From a virus (taxonomy: Duplodnaviria > Caudoviricetes), in the IMG/VR virus record IMGVR_UViG_3300049141_000098, positions 160,001-224,000 of that record: a stretch of 64,000 bases of DNA; one strand, written 5' to 3'. Shown here piece by piece: positions 35,414-45,229 of this stretch. Under the pieces are notes generated by a model. It was not told the origin of the DNA. It saw nothing but the letters and a program-made list of their open reading frames with translations, and made no database searches. The translations under genes were made by a program, and so were the position numbers. Each line of letters begins with the position of its first letter. Within the stretch, counting starts at the first letter, position 1.

Positions 35414-36082
35414 TCAGCCCCTGCTGTTCTCGTACTCTTCGACCAGTCCCTCGGCCGCCTCCCGTACGTCCTTCGAATCGACCGCGCTCGGATGCGGGTG
35501 GGCACCTTCGACCCGCAGGTTGTCCAGTCCGGGTGCTTCGAAGGTGATGCTCCGCCAGCCGTGACGCACGGCGTCCGGGTCCACGATGTCGTGCAGGCCC
35601 ACCCCGTACGAGAACGTGACGTCATCCGTGCGCAGCAGCTCGACGCGGATCTCATAGTGCCGGTGGTCGTGGCAGGGGATGACCACCTCCCGGTGCTCCC
35701 GGTGGTCGTAGTCGACCTTGCAGCCGCCGACACCCTCAGCGCACGCCACGTAGTCCCGGACCAGGGACAGCTCCCCAGCATCCCAGAGCAGCGTCCACCC
35801 GGCGGGCAGCAGCTCCTCCATGTGATCCGAAGCCCGGTCCGAGAGGCCTCCCTGTCCGACGATCACCTCCGCCATGTTTTCCTCGGCGTCAGTTCCGTCG
35901 CCGCAGCCGCCGGACGTCCCCTTGTACCACTCCAGGGCGGCGCGCTCGTCGGCATCCATTGTGAAGCCGTGCGACTCGGCGATCTCGATGATCCGGTAGG
36001 TGTTCGTCCAGCCGTGGCACCCGTCCAGCCACGTTCCCGTACCGACTTCGGAGCCGTTCGTGAGCGTGATTGTGTCCTGCAT
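35414..36082 (-). CDS. Hypothetical acidic protein
   Basis: WLDG..GW..Y.II.IAE..G pattern. Confidence 0.8.
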   Translation of the reverse strand: MQDTITLTNGSEVGTGTWLDGCHGWTNTYRIIEIAESHGFTMDADERAALEWYKGTSGGCGDGTDAEENMAEVIVGQGGLSDRASDHMEELLPAGWTLLWDAGELSLVRDYVACAEGVGGCKVDYDHREHREVVIPCHDHRHYEIRVELLRTDDVTFSYGVGLHDIVDPDAVRHGWRSITFEAPGLDNLRVEGAHPHPSAVDSKDVREAAEGLVEEYENSRG

Positions 36083-36106
36083 CCCGTTCCCCTTTCCGCT
36101 ACGTTT

Positions 36107-36265
36107 TCAGTGATCGAACCCGCTGAACAGCCACGCCCGGTACTCCGGGTCGTTGTTCATCACCATGGAATCCCCGAACGGATTGCACTCCAGGCACATG
36201 CCGCGCCGGTCCTCCGGGTTCGCCTCATTGTGGCATTCGGCACTGACACACGGCCTACCCTTCAT
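36107..36265 (-). CDS. 52-aa Zn-finger-like hypothetical protein
   Basis: CVSAEC...CLEC; coupled. Confidence 0.55.
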   Translation of the reverse strand: MKGRPCVSAECHNEANPEDRRGMCLECNPFGDSMVMNNDPEYRAWLFSGFDH

Positions 36266-36633
36266 CCTCCCGTCTCGGCGTGCAGTCGGGCGCGCTCCCG
36301 GCCTACGTTCTCCCAGTTCTCCATGTCGGCCTTGCGGCGCTGCGACCCCTCCATGTAGGCCGCCTGCACCTGCTTCAGGTATGCCATGTCGTCGTCCGGG
36401 ATCAGCTTGCCGGTCGCCTTCGTTGTCCCGAGTGCCCCGCCGATGTAGTACGCGCAGGCCTGACGCGCTCCCTCCGGCCCATGCCACACCCGCATCTGGT
36501 GCGCGTCGAAGTAGCGGGTCCCGCCACCCAGGTCGCTGCCGGTCGTTTCCAGTGCGAAGTAGCCGTCCGTGAAGGCCTTCACCCGGGCGGACACCTCCCG
36601 CACCGTGGCCGCCGTGAACTTGATCGCCTTCAC
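36262..36633 (-). CDS. Hypothetical protein
   Basis: ORF track. Confidence 0.75.
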   Translation of the reverse strand: MKAIKFTAATVREVSARVKAFTDGYFALETTGSDLGGGTRYFDAHQMRVWHGPEGARQACAYYIGGALGTTKATGKLIPDDDMAYLKQVQAAYMEGSQRRKADMENWENVGRERARLHAETGG

Positions 36634-36776
36634 CCGTTGACCCCTTCCTGATTGTCACTCTTGACCACCCGCAGGGTGACCGGCGTCCCGTCCATCGCCA
36701 CCCAGTCGACTTCGCGCCCTTCGTCGATGTCTGCCAATGCTGCGTGCAGGTCGTCACTCGTCACGTAGACGAACAT
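36630..36776 (-). CDS. 48-aa hypothetical protein
   Basis: Read by eye; SD CGGAAGGGAG; coupled. Confidence 0.55.
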   Translation of the reverse strand: MFVYVTSDDLHAALADIDEGREVDWVAMDGTPVTLRVVKSDNQEGVNG

Positions 36777-36827
36777 TCAGCCTTCTCCCTTCCGTCCCCA
36801 TTCGTCCCGTTCATGCTGATCAGGAAC

Positions 36828-36870
36828 ACACTGGAAGATTCCGAATTCGCTCCGGAATCTTCCCGAACGT
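36828..36870 (-). repeat. Hairpin element A3
   Basis: ACACT-GGAAGATTCCG..CGGAATCTTCC-CGAACGT. Confidence 0.85.
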
Positions 36871-36887
36871 TCCCGTCCGGCTGGCCG

Positions 36888-37400
36888 TCAGTGCGGGGTC
36901 CGGTCGATATACCGGCCCGGATCCCAGTTCGCGGCGTCCTCCCGCCCCCGCTCCCGCTCCCGGCCGTACTCCGTGATGTAGCCACGCTCGTCGCACTCGC
37001 CGCGCTCCCGGCGGTGCTTCTGGCTGGTGAAACACATCCCCTTGATCATCTCAATGGGGAAGCCGCCGTGCGACTTGTGCTCGTGGCACGGCTGAAGCTC
37101 TTCGGCAGTGAACCGGCGCTCCCAACCACACCGGTCGAACTCCGAGCACCGGAAGCCGATGTGTACGCCGTCCTCCCACAGGGGGCGGAGAGAGACCGAC
37201 GTGCGCCACGATTGGCCCGCCTTGTACGTCCCGGCCTTCACTTGGGCCGGACTCGGGTAGTAGGTGTGGCTGTGCTCCCGGTAGCCGGAGAGCAGCGTGC
37301 ACGTGGAGCAGTGACTGAAGTAGCCGCCCGGCCCGGGGGGCTCATCGTCGTAACTACGTTCCCGGATCTTGCAGAGGGGGCACATGGGTGCCTTCTCCAT
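36888..37400 (-). CDS. Cys-rich hypothetical protein
   Basis: CPLC, CSTC; bracketed by A3/A4. Confidence 0.75.
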   Translation of the reverse strand: MEKAPMCPLCKIRERSYDDEPPGPGGYFSHCSTCTLLSGYREHSHTYYPSPAQVKAGTYKAGQSWRTSVSLRPLWEDGVHIGFRCSEFDRCGWERRFTAEELQPCHEHKSHGGFPIEMIKGMCFTSQKHRRERGECDERGYITEYGRERERGREDAANWDPGRYIDRTPH

Positions 37401-37451
37401 CCCCTTCTCCCTTCCGTCCGCATTCGCGGTAATTCGCACCCGATCGGAGAT

Positions 37452-37502
37452 GCACTGGAAGATTCGGAACCGGATTGGAAGGCTCCGAATCTTCCCGAAC
37501 GT
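37452..37502 (-). repeat. Hairpin element A4
   Basis: GCACT-GGAAGATTCGGA..TCCGAATCTTCC-CGAACGT. Confidence 0.85.
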
Positions 37503-37519
37503 CACCGATCAGACCTGTG

Positions 37520-37849
37520 TCACTGTCCCGCCTGGCGGAGCGTGATGATCAGCTTCCGGGCCGTCTCGATGGTCCGCTCCCCGTTCTCGATCTGATCGAA
37601 CAGGGCTTTCACCGCCTTTGAGTCACCATGCCGCCGCTCCGGCACCGCCCGGTCATGCTCGTCCAGGTGGTCCCAGTAGGCCGCCAGATCAGGGTCCCCG
37701 ACACAGACGGTCTGCTTGCTCCCCCCCGAGGACATCTGATTCGTTCCGGCGATCGGCTCCGGTGCCGCGAACGACCGGGGGTCCGGCATCCGGTGCCGTC
37801 CGTTTTCGTCATGCCAGTGCTTAGGCTCCCGGCCGGTCAGCTCACTCAC
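37520..37849 (-). CDS. Hypothetical protein
   Basis: ORF track. Confidence 0.7.
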   Translation of the reverse strand: MSELTGREPKHWHDENGRHRMPDPRSFAAPEPIAGTNQMSSGGSKQTVCVGDPDLAAYWDHLDEHDRAVPERRHGDSKAVKALFDQIENGERTIETARKLIITLRQAGQ

Positions 37850-38085
37850 GTCTCATTCCTCTCCTTGAACCACTCTTCGGCATCCTGTCGGGCATCCTCC
37901 CGGAAGACCCGGTCAGGCCACCTGTTACTGCTCTTGCCTCGCATGGACGCGGGTACCTGGAAGGCGTATCCGCGTCGCCCCTCGACGACTAGGCACTTTG
38001 TGCCCTGCCCGTCCCGCAGCACGGGCCAGGTGTCGTACAGACTTCCCTCCCGCTTCTTCAGCGAGTCACCAAGGGTGATCTTCAT
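37846..38085 (-). CDS. Hypothetical protein
   Basis: ATG 38085 coupled. Confidence 0.7.
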   Translation of the reverse strand: MKITLGDSLKKREGSLYDTWPVLRDGQGTKCLVVEGRRGYAFQVPASMRGKSSNRWPDRVFREDARQDAEEWFKERNET

Positions 38086-38579
38086 TTCCCACCCTCCGCG
38101 ATTTCCTTGTGGATCAGCGCCCAGCCGTACGCCTTTGACTCGGGGTCGTAGTCGGCGTGATCGCAGCGCTCCCGCTCGGTCCACTCCTGACAGGGCATCC
38201 CATCCTCCCCGGCTCCGCAGACCGGCGGATGCATCTCGACGGAGACGATCGCCCACAGGCCCGGCTCTTCGAGGATGCGCTCCTCCAGGCCCCGGCCGAA
38301 GTGGCGGCGTCCGGCATCGAACACGAACAGCGATCCCCCCTCGGCCCACCCCGTGAGCGCCCGCCATCCGTTTCCGATCCCGTCCAGCGCGGACCGCTCG
38401 TGCGCTTCGAGCACGTCCGGCATGTCCCAGTCGCCCGACCAGTCAATGTTGATCGACTCTGGCGCGTAGTCCTCCAGCTTGGCCGGAGGGTACGGAGCCG
38501 TCTCGTACGTCCCGTCGGGCTTAACCAGGATCGGCAGCGCACTCGGTCCGTGCAGCACCTCGTCCAGCGTCTCGCTCAT
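38082..38579 (-). CDS. Hypothetical protein
   Basis: ATG 38579; W.AL.GW, WAIV.V pattern. Confidence 0.75.
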   Translation of the reverse strand: MSETLDEVLHGPSALPILVKPDGTYETAPYPPAKLEDYAPESINIDWSGDWDMPDVLEAHERSALDGIGNGWRALTGWAEGGSLFVFDAGRRHFGRGLEERILEEPGLWAIVSVEMHPPVCGAGEDGMPCQEWTERERCDHADYDPESKAYGWALIHKEIAEGGK

Positions 38580-38618
38580 GATCGTTTCATTCCCTTTCCA
38601 TTTGTCCGCGCCATACAG

Positions 38619-38656
38619 GCACTGGAAAGCGCGACCGTGTCGCGCCCTCCCGAACC
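38619..38656 (-). repeat. Hairpin element A5
   Basis: GCACT-GGAAAGCGCGAC CGT GTCGCGCCCTCC-CGAACC. Confidence 0.8.
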
Positions 38657-38668
38657 GGCATGCCCCGG

Positions 38669-38959
38669 TCAGTCCTCGTTTTCGTTGTCGTAGACGACCG
38701 GTAGCCGATCCCATGCCAGTCTGAGCATGTTCTCCAGGTCAACCACGATCGACCGCTTCCCGTACGTCCCCGCCCAGTCGGCGTCACTGTGCGCTTTGCC
38801 GAGCGTCATAGCGAACGACACCCCGTGTCCGTACTCCGGACCGTCGCCGTGCACTCCCGTCGAGAGGATCATGTATCGCTGATCCTCCGACTCGTAGTTG
38901 AGCGCGTCGTTCACCGACTCACTCAGCGTGACGTAGTCGCCCAGCACCTTGCTGCTCAT
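38669..38959 (-). CDS. Hypothetical protein
   Basis: ORF track. Confidence 0.75.
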   Translation of the reverse strand: MSSKVLGDYVTLSESVNDALNYESEDQRYMILSTGVHGDGPEYGHGVSFAMTLGKAHSDADWAGTYGKRSIVVDLENMLRLAWDRLPVVYDNENED

Positions 38960-38974
38960 CCGTCCCCCTTTCCG

Positions 38975-39274
38975 TCAGTCTTCGTCATCGGCGACCATGT
39001 CGTGCAGCTTCATCGCCTCGACCATGTCACCGAGCCGCACGAACATCCCGTCATCCCGCACCTCAGCGCTCTTGGGGATCACGCGCGTAGCCTGCACCGG
39101 CTCCGGAACCGTCACCATCTCGTCGTACGGCTCCGCGTTGCCGAACCGCGCTTCGTACTCCGCGTCCTGCATCTTGGGTAGTAGCTCTGCCGCCCAGTCC
39201 ACGTACTCCAGCGGCAGGGGCGGGAAGAAATTGCCCCGAAAATGCACGGTCAGTGCGGTACGTACGTCGATCAT
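38975..39274 (-). CDS. Conserved phage-type hypothetical protein
   Basis: L..H.R.NF.PP.P and MVEAMKL pattern. Confidence 0.75.
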   Translation of the reverse strand: MIDVRTALTVHFRGNFFPPLPLEYVDWAAELLPKMQDAEYEARFGNAEPYDEMVTVPEPVQATRVIPKSAEVRDDGMFVRLGDMVEAMKLHDMVADDED

Positions 39275-39359
39275 GCCTAACTCCCTTCCGTCAGGACCAC
39301 CCGGCCCCACGGAGCCGCACGGAGTTGCCCCCATGCCGCCCCGAAGTGCGATGTTCCGA

Positions 39360-39830
39360 CTACATCCACACCGGCACGAGTCGAACCGTCCGCTCCGGCG
39401 ATCCCTTGTACTCGATCAGGAACCGGCGAATTTCCCGCCAGTCCCGGTCGTGCTCGCATCCGGCGTTCCGCTCCAGTTCACCGCGCACCGTATCGAACAC
39501 GGCTCCTTCGAACCGGGGCGCGTCCCACAGCGCCCGGGTGATCCGGTGCACCGTCAGGTCAGCCGCCCGTGCCCGTTCCTGCGCCACGCCACAGAGCGAA
39601 CCAGGGATCACGTAGTGGCGGCCGATGCACACCCGGGGCTGGTCCTCGATCTCCTTGTGGAGAAGGTCCCGCAGGTGGCCGAGATGATCGGAGAGCCGGA
39701 TGTAGTGCGTCCAGTCCTCTTGCGGTGCATCCTCGTCCGGGCTGCCGGTCAGATCGGTCGCACCCCTCCGTGCCGCATTCCACAGCCACGTTTTCCCGGG
39801 CGGTAGGACGTACAGATACGTGTGCTTCAC
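39360..39830 (-). CDS. Hypothetical protein
   Basis: GTG 39830 coupled. Confidence 0.7.
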   Translation of the reverse strand: MKHTYLYVLPPGKTWLWNAARRGATDLTGSPDEDAPQEDWTHYIRLSDHLGHLRDLLHKEIEDQPRVCIGRHYVIPGSLCGVAQERARAADLTVHRITRALWDAPRFEGAVFDTVRGELERNAGCEHDRDWREIRRFLIEYKGSPERTVRLVPVWM

Positions 39831-40027
39831 TTCCCACCCTCCCGCTCGTCCAGCATCTCCTGGCCCAACTCCATGAGCTGACGCCCCAGCTTGACGGCCT
39901 CCTCTGGTGGAAGCTGAAGACTGCCGTCGGTCTTGCCGCTCGCCTTCTCCGTCGTGAGCAGGGAGACGTCTCCGCCACAACGGGCAAGCCACAACTCCCG
40001 TCCGTCCCTGGACTCTGGCACGCTCAC
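39827..40027 (-). CDS. Hypothetical protein
   Basis: ORF track. Confidence 0.7.
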   Translation of the reverse strand: MSVPESRDGRELWLARCGGDVSLLTTEKASGKTDGSLQLPPEEAVKLGRQLMELGQEMLDEREGGK

Positions 40028-40063
40028 GCTTCTCCCCTTTCCGTCCGTCTTCAGGGTTGTCCG

Positions 40064-40564
40064 TTACGCCGGGTCCCCAGCGTGCAGTACCGTCCCCTCC
40101 GGGACGCCTGTCGCTGACCAGCGCACCTGCGTGTCCTGGTCCCCGACCACGTGATAGAGCTGATAGCAGTACTCCTTGCCGTCCCGGTACTCGGCGAACC
40201 GCTCCGCGTATTCCCGAGCCATTTCGACCGTCGGGAAGGGAATGTTCCACGCTTCCGCGTGCCGGTAGTAGCCGCTTCCGCCGCCGATGATCGGCATGAT
40301 CCGGAATCGCTCGCCCTCCGGCGGCATGTCACCTTCGAAGAGCCATCCGTCCGTGGATCCCCAGCCGCGCGTCTTGGCGAACTCCCGGTCGGCCGATTCC
40401 CGCGTCTCGTGCTGCGTGACCTTGACTTCCCGTTCGTACCGGTGGCCGCAGCGCGGAGGCCATCCGCCCGGCGTCCGGTTCCATACCGGGCGCGGACCCG
40501 GGTCGTATCCCGGCTCCGTTTTCTCGCAGCACGGCTCCAGCACCATCACCGTGATCATCTTCAC
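40064..40564 (-). CDS. Hypothetical protein
   Basis: ORF track. Confidence 0.75.
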   Translation of the reverse strand: MKMITVMVLEPCCEKTEPGYDPGPRPVWNRTPGGWPPRCGHRYEREVKVTQHETRESADREFAKTRGWGSTDGWLFEGDMPPEGERFRIMPIIGGGSGYYRHAEAWNIPFPTVEMAREYAERFAEYRDGKEYCYQLYHVVGDQDTQVRWSATGVPEGTVLHAGDPA

Positions 40565-40806
40565 GCCTCTCGAACCTTGTGCTGCGTGTCAGCGTCCAGC
40601 ACCACGTTCGTCCCCTTGACCAGGACGTACGGCGTCCCGCCGTTCCCGTAGACCATGACGTAGACTCGCCGCCACACACCCAGATATTCGATCATGTGGG
40701 CCGTCGGGATCTTCCCGCCGTACCCGGTCACGGTGTGCCCGCTCACCGGCACCTCCGTGACCTTGACTCCCGTCACGCCCTCCGGGTCCGTGTACTCGAT
40801 ACTCAT
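40561..40806 (-). CDS. Hypothetical protein
   Basis: GYGGKIPT..M...G.WRRVY pattern. Confidence 0.75.
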   Translation of the reverse strand: MSIEYTDPEGVTGVKVTEVPVSGHTVTGYGGKIPTAHMIEYLGVWRRVYVMVYGNGGTPYVLVKGTNVVLDADTQHKVREA

Positions 40807-40822
40807 CCGCTTCTCCCTTCCG

Positions 40823-41314
40823 TCAGTCCCGAGTGTTGCGCAGCGCCATCAGTGCCGCTTGATCGTCCCGGCAGGCATGTACGGTCAGCTCACTGACTCC
40901 GACGTACTTCGCGAGGATGATGCACGCCCGCAGGTACTCCGCCGAGACGTCCGCCATCGGCCGCCCGCCCGCCGTGGTGTCGTCTGGCCCGTACCCCTGG
41001 TTTCGGGCGAACTCGGCCGCCCCATAGGCGCTCATCACCTGAGAGATCAGTTCGACCTCAAAGCGATCCCGTTCCCGGCCATCCCCCTGGCCCTTCTGCA
41101 CGGCCTTCCAGGCCCCCAAAACCCTTCCGTAGTGGCTGGACGCCTCGATGGCCACGTAACGCATGGGGTTGCCCAACGGAAGGCGCCCCCGCAGATCCCC
41201 CTCCGTCTCCGACATGGTCTGCGTCGTGACCCGCAACCACTGGTCGAACCCGTCCGCCTCCCGACCTCCCAGGGGGTTGCGCTTCCGGTCCGGCGTCTCC
41301 GTGAACAGCGCCAT
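40823..41314 (-). CDS. Hypothetical protein
   Basis: ORF track; SD. Confidence 0.75.
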   Translation of the reverse strand: MALFTETPDRKRNPLGGREADGFDQWLRVTTQTMSETEGDLRGRLPLGNPMRYVAIEASSHYGRVLGAWKAVQKGQGDGRERDRFEVELISQVMSAYGAAEFARNQGYGPDDTTAGGRPMADVSAEYLRACIILAKYVGVSELTVHACRDDQAALMALRNTRD

Positions 41315-41352
41315 GTTCGGTTCCTCTCCCTTTCCGTCTTCCGTGATCCCGC

Positions 41353-41736
41353 TCAGTGCTGCGGCTGACCGATCTCAGGCAACGGCCGCTCCCGGGGGAC
41401 TTCCCGGCCTTCCCGGCTGTAGCACTCGGCCACCCATTCCCGGACCGCGCGCATCTCCTCTGAGCCGACCCGCCAGGTCGGTTCGTCGCCCCACAGGGGG
41501 GTGGTTCCCGTCGGATCCGGCCCGTCCATGAACGTCGCGGCCGTCCAGTCCGTGACGAACTGGCCGACGACCGTAAACGGCGTTCCCGTTTCGGGGTGCC
41601 GGGCGGTGAATCGGTGGCGCAGGTCGAACCACAGAACACGTCCCGCCTTGTCCCTCTGGTGGTCCTCCGCCTCCGTGTCCAGCACCACCAGGAACGGAAC
41701 TCCCGTGACCCCGGCCGTCGTCCTCATGTGCAGCAT
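41353..41736 (-). CDS. Hypothetical protein
   Basis: ORF track. Confidence 0.75.
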   Translation of the reverse strand: MLHMRTTAGVTGVPFLVVLDTEAEDHQRDKAGRVLWFDLRHRFTARHPETGTPFTVVGQFVTDWTAATFMDGPDPTGTTPLWGDEPTWRVGSEEMRAVREWVAECYSREGREVPRERPLPEIGQPQH

Positions 41737-41830
41737 CCCGTTTCCCCTTCCCGTCGTTCCCGGCGAACCGCCGTGATCACAGAGGAGCGCGGAGTGGTCC
41801 CCGCGCTCCCCTGAAACCGGACGCTCCCCG

Positions 41831-42439
41831 TCAGACTGTCGGCCGATTGTTCGTGATCAGATCGATCATGGGATGATCGGCGTACTTGCCGGGTTCGGTG
41901 GCGAACGCCATCATCACGTCCTCCCCCTTCCGGTCGTTTACGATCCGGCGGAACTCCGCCAGGCTCACGCCCGTGTATGCCCGCGCGAACTGCACCGTGA
42001 CTTCGTGATCCAGTTCGATGCGCGCGACCGTCTCCGGCTTCCCGGTACTCCGGGCCATCGGGAACATCTCGGCCGTCCACATGATCTCGCGGGCGAGGCT
42101 GCACTCCCAGTGCCGTACCGAATCGTCGTAGAACTTGGCCTCCCCGTTCGCGTCACACCGGTTGAACCGGGACCGCCTGGAGAGCAGGGAGAGGAACCTG
42201 TCGCGATCGACCCCGTCCGCCCAGAACGCCTCCCACGTGGGCCGGATCCCGCGCACCGCCGCGCCGTTCGCGTAGCCGCTGGCCAGATGGGCGAACCGTC
42301 GCCACACCGTCACCGCGTTCTGTGATTCCTGGTTCAGGTAGCCCGGCTGTCCCGGCCCGGGGCGCCCGTCGTGCTTGCGCTTCGCGCTGGTCAGGTGGTC
42401 GGCCAGCAGCCCGTGAAATTCCGCCAGAGTACGTCCCAT
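41831..42439 (-). CDS. Hypothetical protein
   Basis: ATG 42439. Confidence 0.75.
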   Translation of the reverse strand: MGRTLAEFHGLLADHLTSAKRKHDGRPGPGQPGYLNQESQNAVTVWRRFAHLASGYANGAAVRGIRPTWEAFWADGVDRDRFLSLLSRRSRFNRCDANGEAKFYDDSVRHWECSLAREIMWTAEMFPMARSTGKPETVARIELDHEVTVQFARAYTGVSLAEFRRIVNDRKGEDVMMAFATEPGKYADHPMIDLITNNRPTV

Positions 42440-42461
42440 GGTCCCGTTTCTCCCTTTCCGA

Positions 42462-42761
42462 TTACGCCACCAGACCCGCGCGAATCGGGTCCGGCTCCCA
42501 GGTTTTTGTCTGTCCGTCATGGTGCGTGTACGTGACCGTGACGGACTCCACCCGCAACACCGTGTACCGGCCGGTCGAATCGGTCCGGTACGTGGTCGCG
42601 ACTTCCAGCTCAGTCCCGTTGCTCAGGTTGTTGCGCAGCCTCCCGGCCAGCAGGTCAGCGATGTTGTCGTCCGTCGCGAACCGCAGTGCGACGTACTCAC
42701 CCCACCCGCACTCATTACAGCGGCAGTCCCAAGGGTCGACTGCGATCAGTCGCACACTCAC
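42462..42761 (-). CDS. Hypothetical protein
   Basis: DPWDCRCNECGWGEY motif. Confidence 0.7.
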   Translation of the reverse strand: MSVRLIAVDPWDCRCNECGWGEYVALRFATDDNIADLLAGRLRNNLSNGTELEVATTYRTDSTGRYTVLRVESVTVTYTHHDGQTKTWEPDPIRAGLVA

Positions 42762-42778
42762 GATCCCGCCCTTCCGCG

Positions 42779-42997
42779 CTACTCGCGAAGCCCGCAGGCC
42801 CGCTTGAATTCCACGGCGTTGAAGGCCCTGTTGCGCTCCGTGAACAACCGGACGAACCGGTCGGCGACACCGTCAAGGGCGTCCATCGCTTCTCGGATGT
42901 ACATGCCTTCCACGGGGCCGTCGCTCAGCTCCCAAGGGTGTTGTTCGAGTTCTGCCCGAATCTCCCGGGCGACGTCCTCCGGCGTCAGTCCGTCCAT
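42779..42997 (-). CDS. Hypothetical protein
   Basis: A..F...F...N..FN...F..ACG pattern. Confidence 0.7.
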   Translation of the reverse strand: MDGLTPEDVAREIRAELEQHPWELSDGPVEGMYIREAMDALDGVADRFVRLFTERNRAFNAVEFKRACGLRE

Positions 42998-42999
42998 GG

Positions 43000-43413
43000 T
43001 CAGATCCCGTTGCTCTCGCGCTTGCCGTACGTGCCGACCAGGCCGATGGACAAGCGACACCCGCCGCATGTCACCCCGGCCAGAGCCGTACCCGACTCCC
43101 ACACAGCCAGATCCCGCCCCTGCGAGTCGGCGCAGACTCCGCGCGGAGCCTCCCCGTCCTCCTTGGGCAGCACCAGCGCGTGACGCCTGCCGTCCGTGTC
43201 CTGGCCGACGTGATGGATGCGGACCGTCGGTGCGTAGATGAACAGCGTGCCGCCGGTCTCGTAGTGCCTCCCACCGTTCGTATCGAACCAGAACGGCCGC
43301 CCTTCCGGGCTTGCCGACAGCGTGTCCAGCACGACCGCGCCACCGTCACTCGGCTTCAGGCTCCCGCGCGTGATCTCACCGATCTCGACGCGAACGGCTC
43401 CCATGCGTTCCAT
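43000..43413 (-). CDS. Hypothetical protein
   Basis: ATG 43413. Confidence 0.7.
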   Translation of the reverse strand: MERMGAVRVEIGEITRGSLKPSDGGAVVLDTLSASPEGRPFWFDTNGGRHYETGGTLFIYAPTVRIHHVGQDTDGRRHALVLPKEDGEAPRGVCADSQGRDLAVWESGTALAGVTCGGCRLSIGLVGTYGKRESNGI

Positions 43414-43421
43414 AGCGCTCC

Positions 43422-43721
43422 TCACTGACCCTTGACGGGGTTCGTCAGGGCCAGGTCCATCCCGTCGCCTGCTGCGGCGGACAGAACGACGTGCCGGGTG
43501 TCGTCGTGCATCCTGCCGTCTGTGTCGAGCAGACCGTAGCCGGACAGCACGCTCCCCAGGTTGCCGAACGGCAGGTGGCTGGGGTTGCGCGCGATCTGCA
43601 CCGCCTCGAACAGTGCCAGGGGGTGTGCGTCCCGCACGACCTGAAGGGTCATCAGGGTTGTGCGCACGGTCGGCTCCGCAACGCTGCTGCCATCCTTCAG
43701 TTCCAGCATTTCCATAGTCAT
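43422..43721 (-). CDS. Hypothetical protein
   Basis: ORF track. Confidence 0.75.
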   Translation of the reverse strand: MTMEMLELKDGSSVAEPTVRTTLMTLQVVRDAHPLALFEAVQIARNPSHLPFGNLGSVLSGYGLLDTDGRMHDDTRHVVLSAAAGDGMDLALTNPVKGQ

Positions 43722-43909
43722 TCCTCCCGCTCTGCAACCGCTTCGACCGTGGCCGTGATCATCACCTCGTACACGTCCACCGGCAGAGCCAGCCAGCGGG
43801 AATCCCCAGTCGGCCCCTCCGCCTTGACCCGGACCGTTTCGACCGGCCCTCCAGCCCCCTCCTTGAGCGCCCTACGCAACTCCCGCTCGACGTACTCTGC
43901 GTTCGTCAT
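43718..43909 (-). CDS. Hypothetical protein
   Basis: ATG 43909; VKAEGPTGDSRWL. Confidence 0.7.
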   Translation of the reverse strand: MTNAEYVERELRRALKEGAGGPVETVRVKAEGPTGDSRWLALPVDVYEVMITATVEAVAEREE

Positions 43910-43925
43910 GATCTGCCTCTCTCCC

Positions 43926-44105
43926 TTACTTCTTTCCGAGCAGGCCCGCGCGGTAGCCCTCGCGCCAGGCATCAGCGACCGCACCGCCTTGGTAGGCAAG
44001 CGGGATCTCCGGCGCCCCCGACCCTGGGTTTTCTCGCTTCCAGCGGCCCCACTTGCGACCGTTCGCCCGCGCGTCCTCAATGAGGCTGCGCCTCTGTTCG
44101 GGCAT
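43926..44105 (-). CDS. Small hypothetical protein
   Basis: ATG 44105; AWREGY tail. Confidence 0.65.
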   Translation of the reverse strand: MPEQRRSLIEDARANGRKWGRWKRENPGSGAPEIPLAYQGGAVADAWREGYRAGLLGKK

Positions 44106-44126
44106 TTTCCTCTCCCATCCGGTAAT

Positions 44127-44170
44127 GCACTGGAACGCTCCGGTCACCCTTCCGGAGCGTTCCCGAACGT
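44127..44170 (-). repeat. Hairpin element A6
   Basis: GCACT-GGAACGCTCCGG..CCGGAGCGTTCC-CGAACGT. Confidence 0.85.
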
Positions 44171-44180
44171 CACGGGATGA

Positions 44181-44513
44181 TCAGACGTACGGAGTCTCCC
44201 GGTACTCCGCGAGCGCTTCCCGGATACGGTTCTGGCAGCCGGACGTGGACGGGGTGTACTTGACGTCCGGCACCACCCAGCCACCGTCCCGGCTGTCGAT
44301 CCAGGCGACCGGCGTCCCGTAGTGGTAGACGACGTGCGAGGCGTGCTCGATGTCCTTCCGCCACTCTTCGGGCAGACGGTTCGGGTCACCGGTCGGGCTG
44401 GCTCCGAGCTGTGCGGCCCCGCGCGGGAGCCTCCCGTCCGATCCGCCGCGCCCCATGTTGATCACGTGCTGGAGTTCCTGCCACGTTCCGGTACCGATCG
44501 TCATTCCGAACAT
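44181..44513 (-). CDS. Conserved phage-type hypothetical protein
   Basis: VVYHYGTPVAW..W.VP..KY..STS..Q pattern. Confidence 0.8.
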   Translation of the reverse strand: MFGMTIGTGTWQELQHVINMGRGGSDGRLPRGAAQLGASPTGDPNRLPEEWRKDIEHASHVVYHYGTPVAWIDSRDGGWVVPDVKYTPSTSGCQNRIREALAEYRETPYV

Positions 44514-44575
44514 GTCCCGTTTCTCCCTCTCCGTCTTTCGCTATCTCTTCGCAGATTCTAGTGATCAGATGACGC

Positions 44576-44585
44576 GACCTAGGCC
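44576..44585. promoter_or_regulatory. Palindrome C8 GACCTAGGCC
   Basis: Intergenic; TAGAAT -10-like hexamer downstream on minus strand. Confidence 0.75.
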
Positions 44586-44610
44586 AATCGACATCATCGT
44601 GACCCGTTCG

Positions 44611-45150
44611 TTACCGGGGCGGCAACTTCGCCAGCCCGACGAGCACCTGACCGATCTCGTCGTCGTACTCCTCCGCGATCATGAGGCGGCTCTCGTACTC
44701 CAGGACCCCGGAGGGGAAGTCGCAGGTCCAGTCGTCCCCATCGCCCGGGTAGCCGGTCGCCATCGACGTGTCGACGCTGTAGCGGTCGCTCAGCTTGGAC
44801 GAGAGGGATACGCCCCACCCGTTCGACAGGACCAGGCGCATGACCGAACGCGGTTCGTCCCCCTCGTAAGCGGGCTCCCACTCCCACGGACCAATCACGG
44901 TGGCTCCGTAACGCAGGGACAGGCGTTCCCCCGCGTTCGTCAGCTCCCGCGTCATCCACTCCCGGTACGTCATCCCGTCCGTCTCGACGTCGAACCGGGC
45001 AGACTCGACGTCGTACCCCTGCACGATGCACCAGCCGCGCATGTATCCCTGCGCTTCCGCCGCGCTCCCGGCGGGGATCTCCGCCCGCTTGTTCACCGTC
45101 CCGTACATCGGGTGACTCGCCGTGGCTTTGATGCCGTAGATCTTGGTCAC
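44611..45150 (-). CDS. Hypothetical protein
   Basis: ORF track; LSNGWGVS pattern. Confidence 0.8.
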   Translation of the reverse strand: MTKIYGIKATASHPMYGTVNKRAEIPAGSAAEAQGYMRGWCIVQGYDVESARFDVETDGMTYREWMTRELTNAGERLSLRYGATVIGPWEWEPAYEGDEPRSVMRLVLSNGWGVSLSSKLSDRYSVDTSMATGYPGDGDDWTCDFPSGVLEYESRLMIAEEYDDEIGQVLVGLAKLPPR

Positions 45151-45229
45151 GCCCCTTTTTTCCTTTCCGTCACGCTCCCGAACCGGGAACCCACGGAGTA
45201 CGTCCCGCAGCGCGGAACGCCCCCGAAGA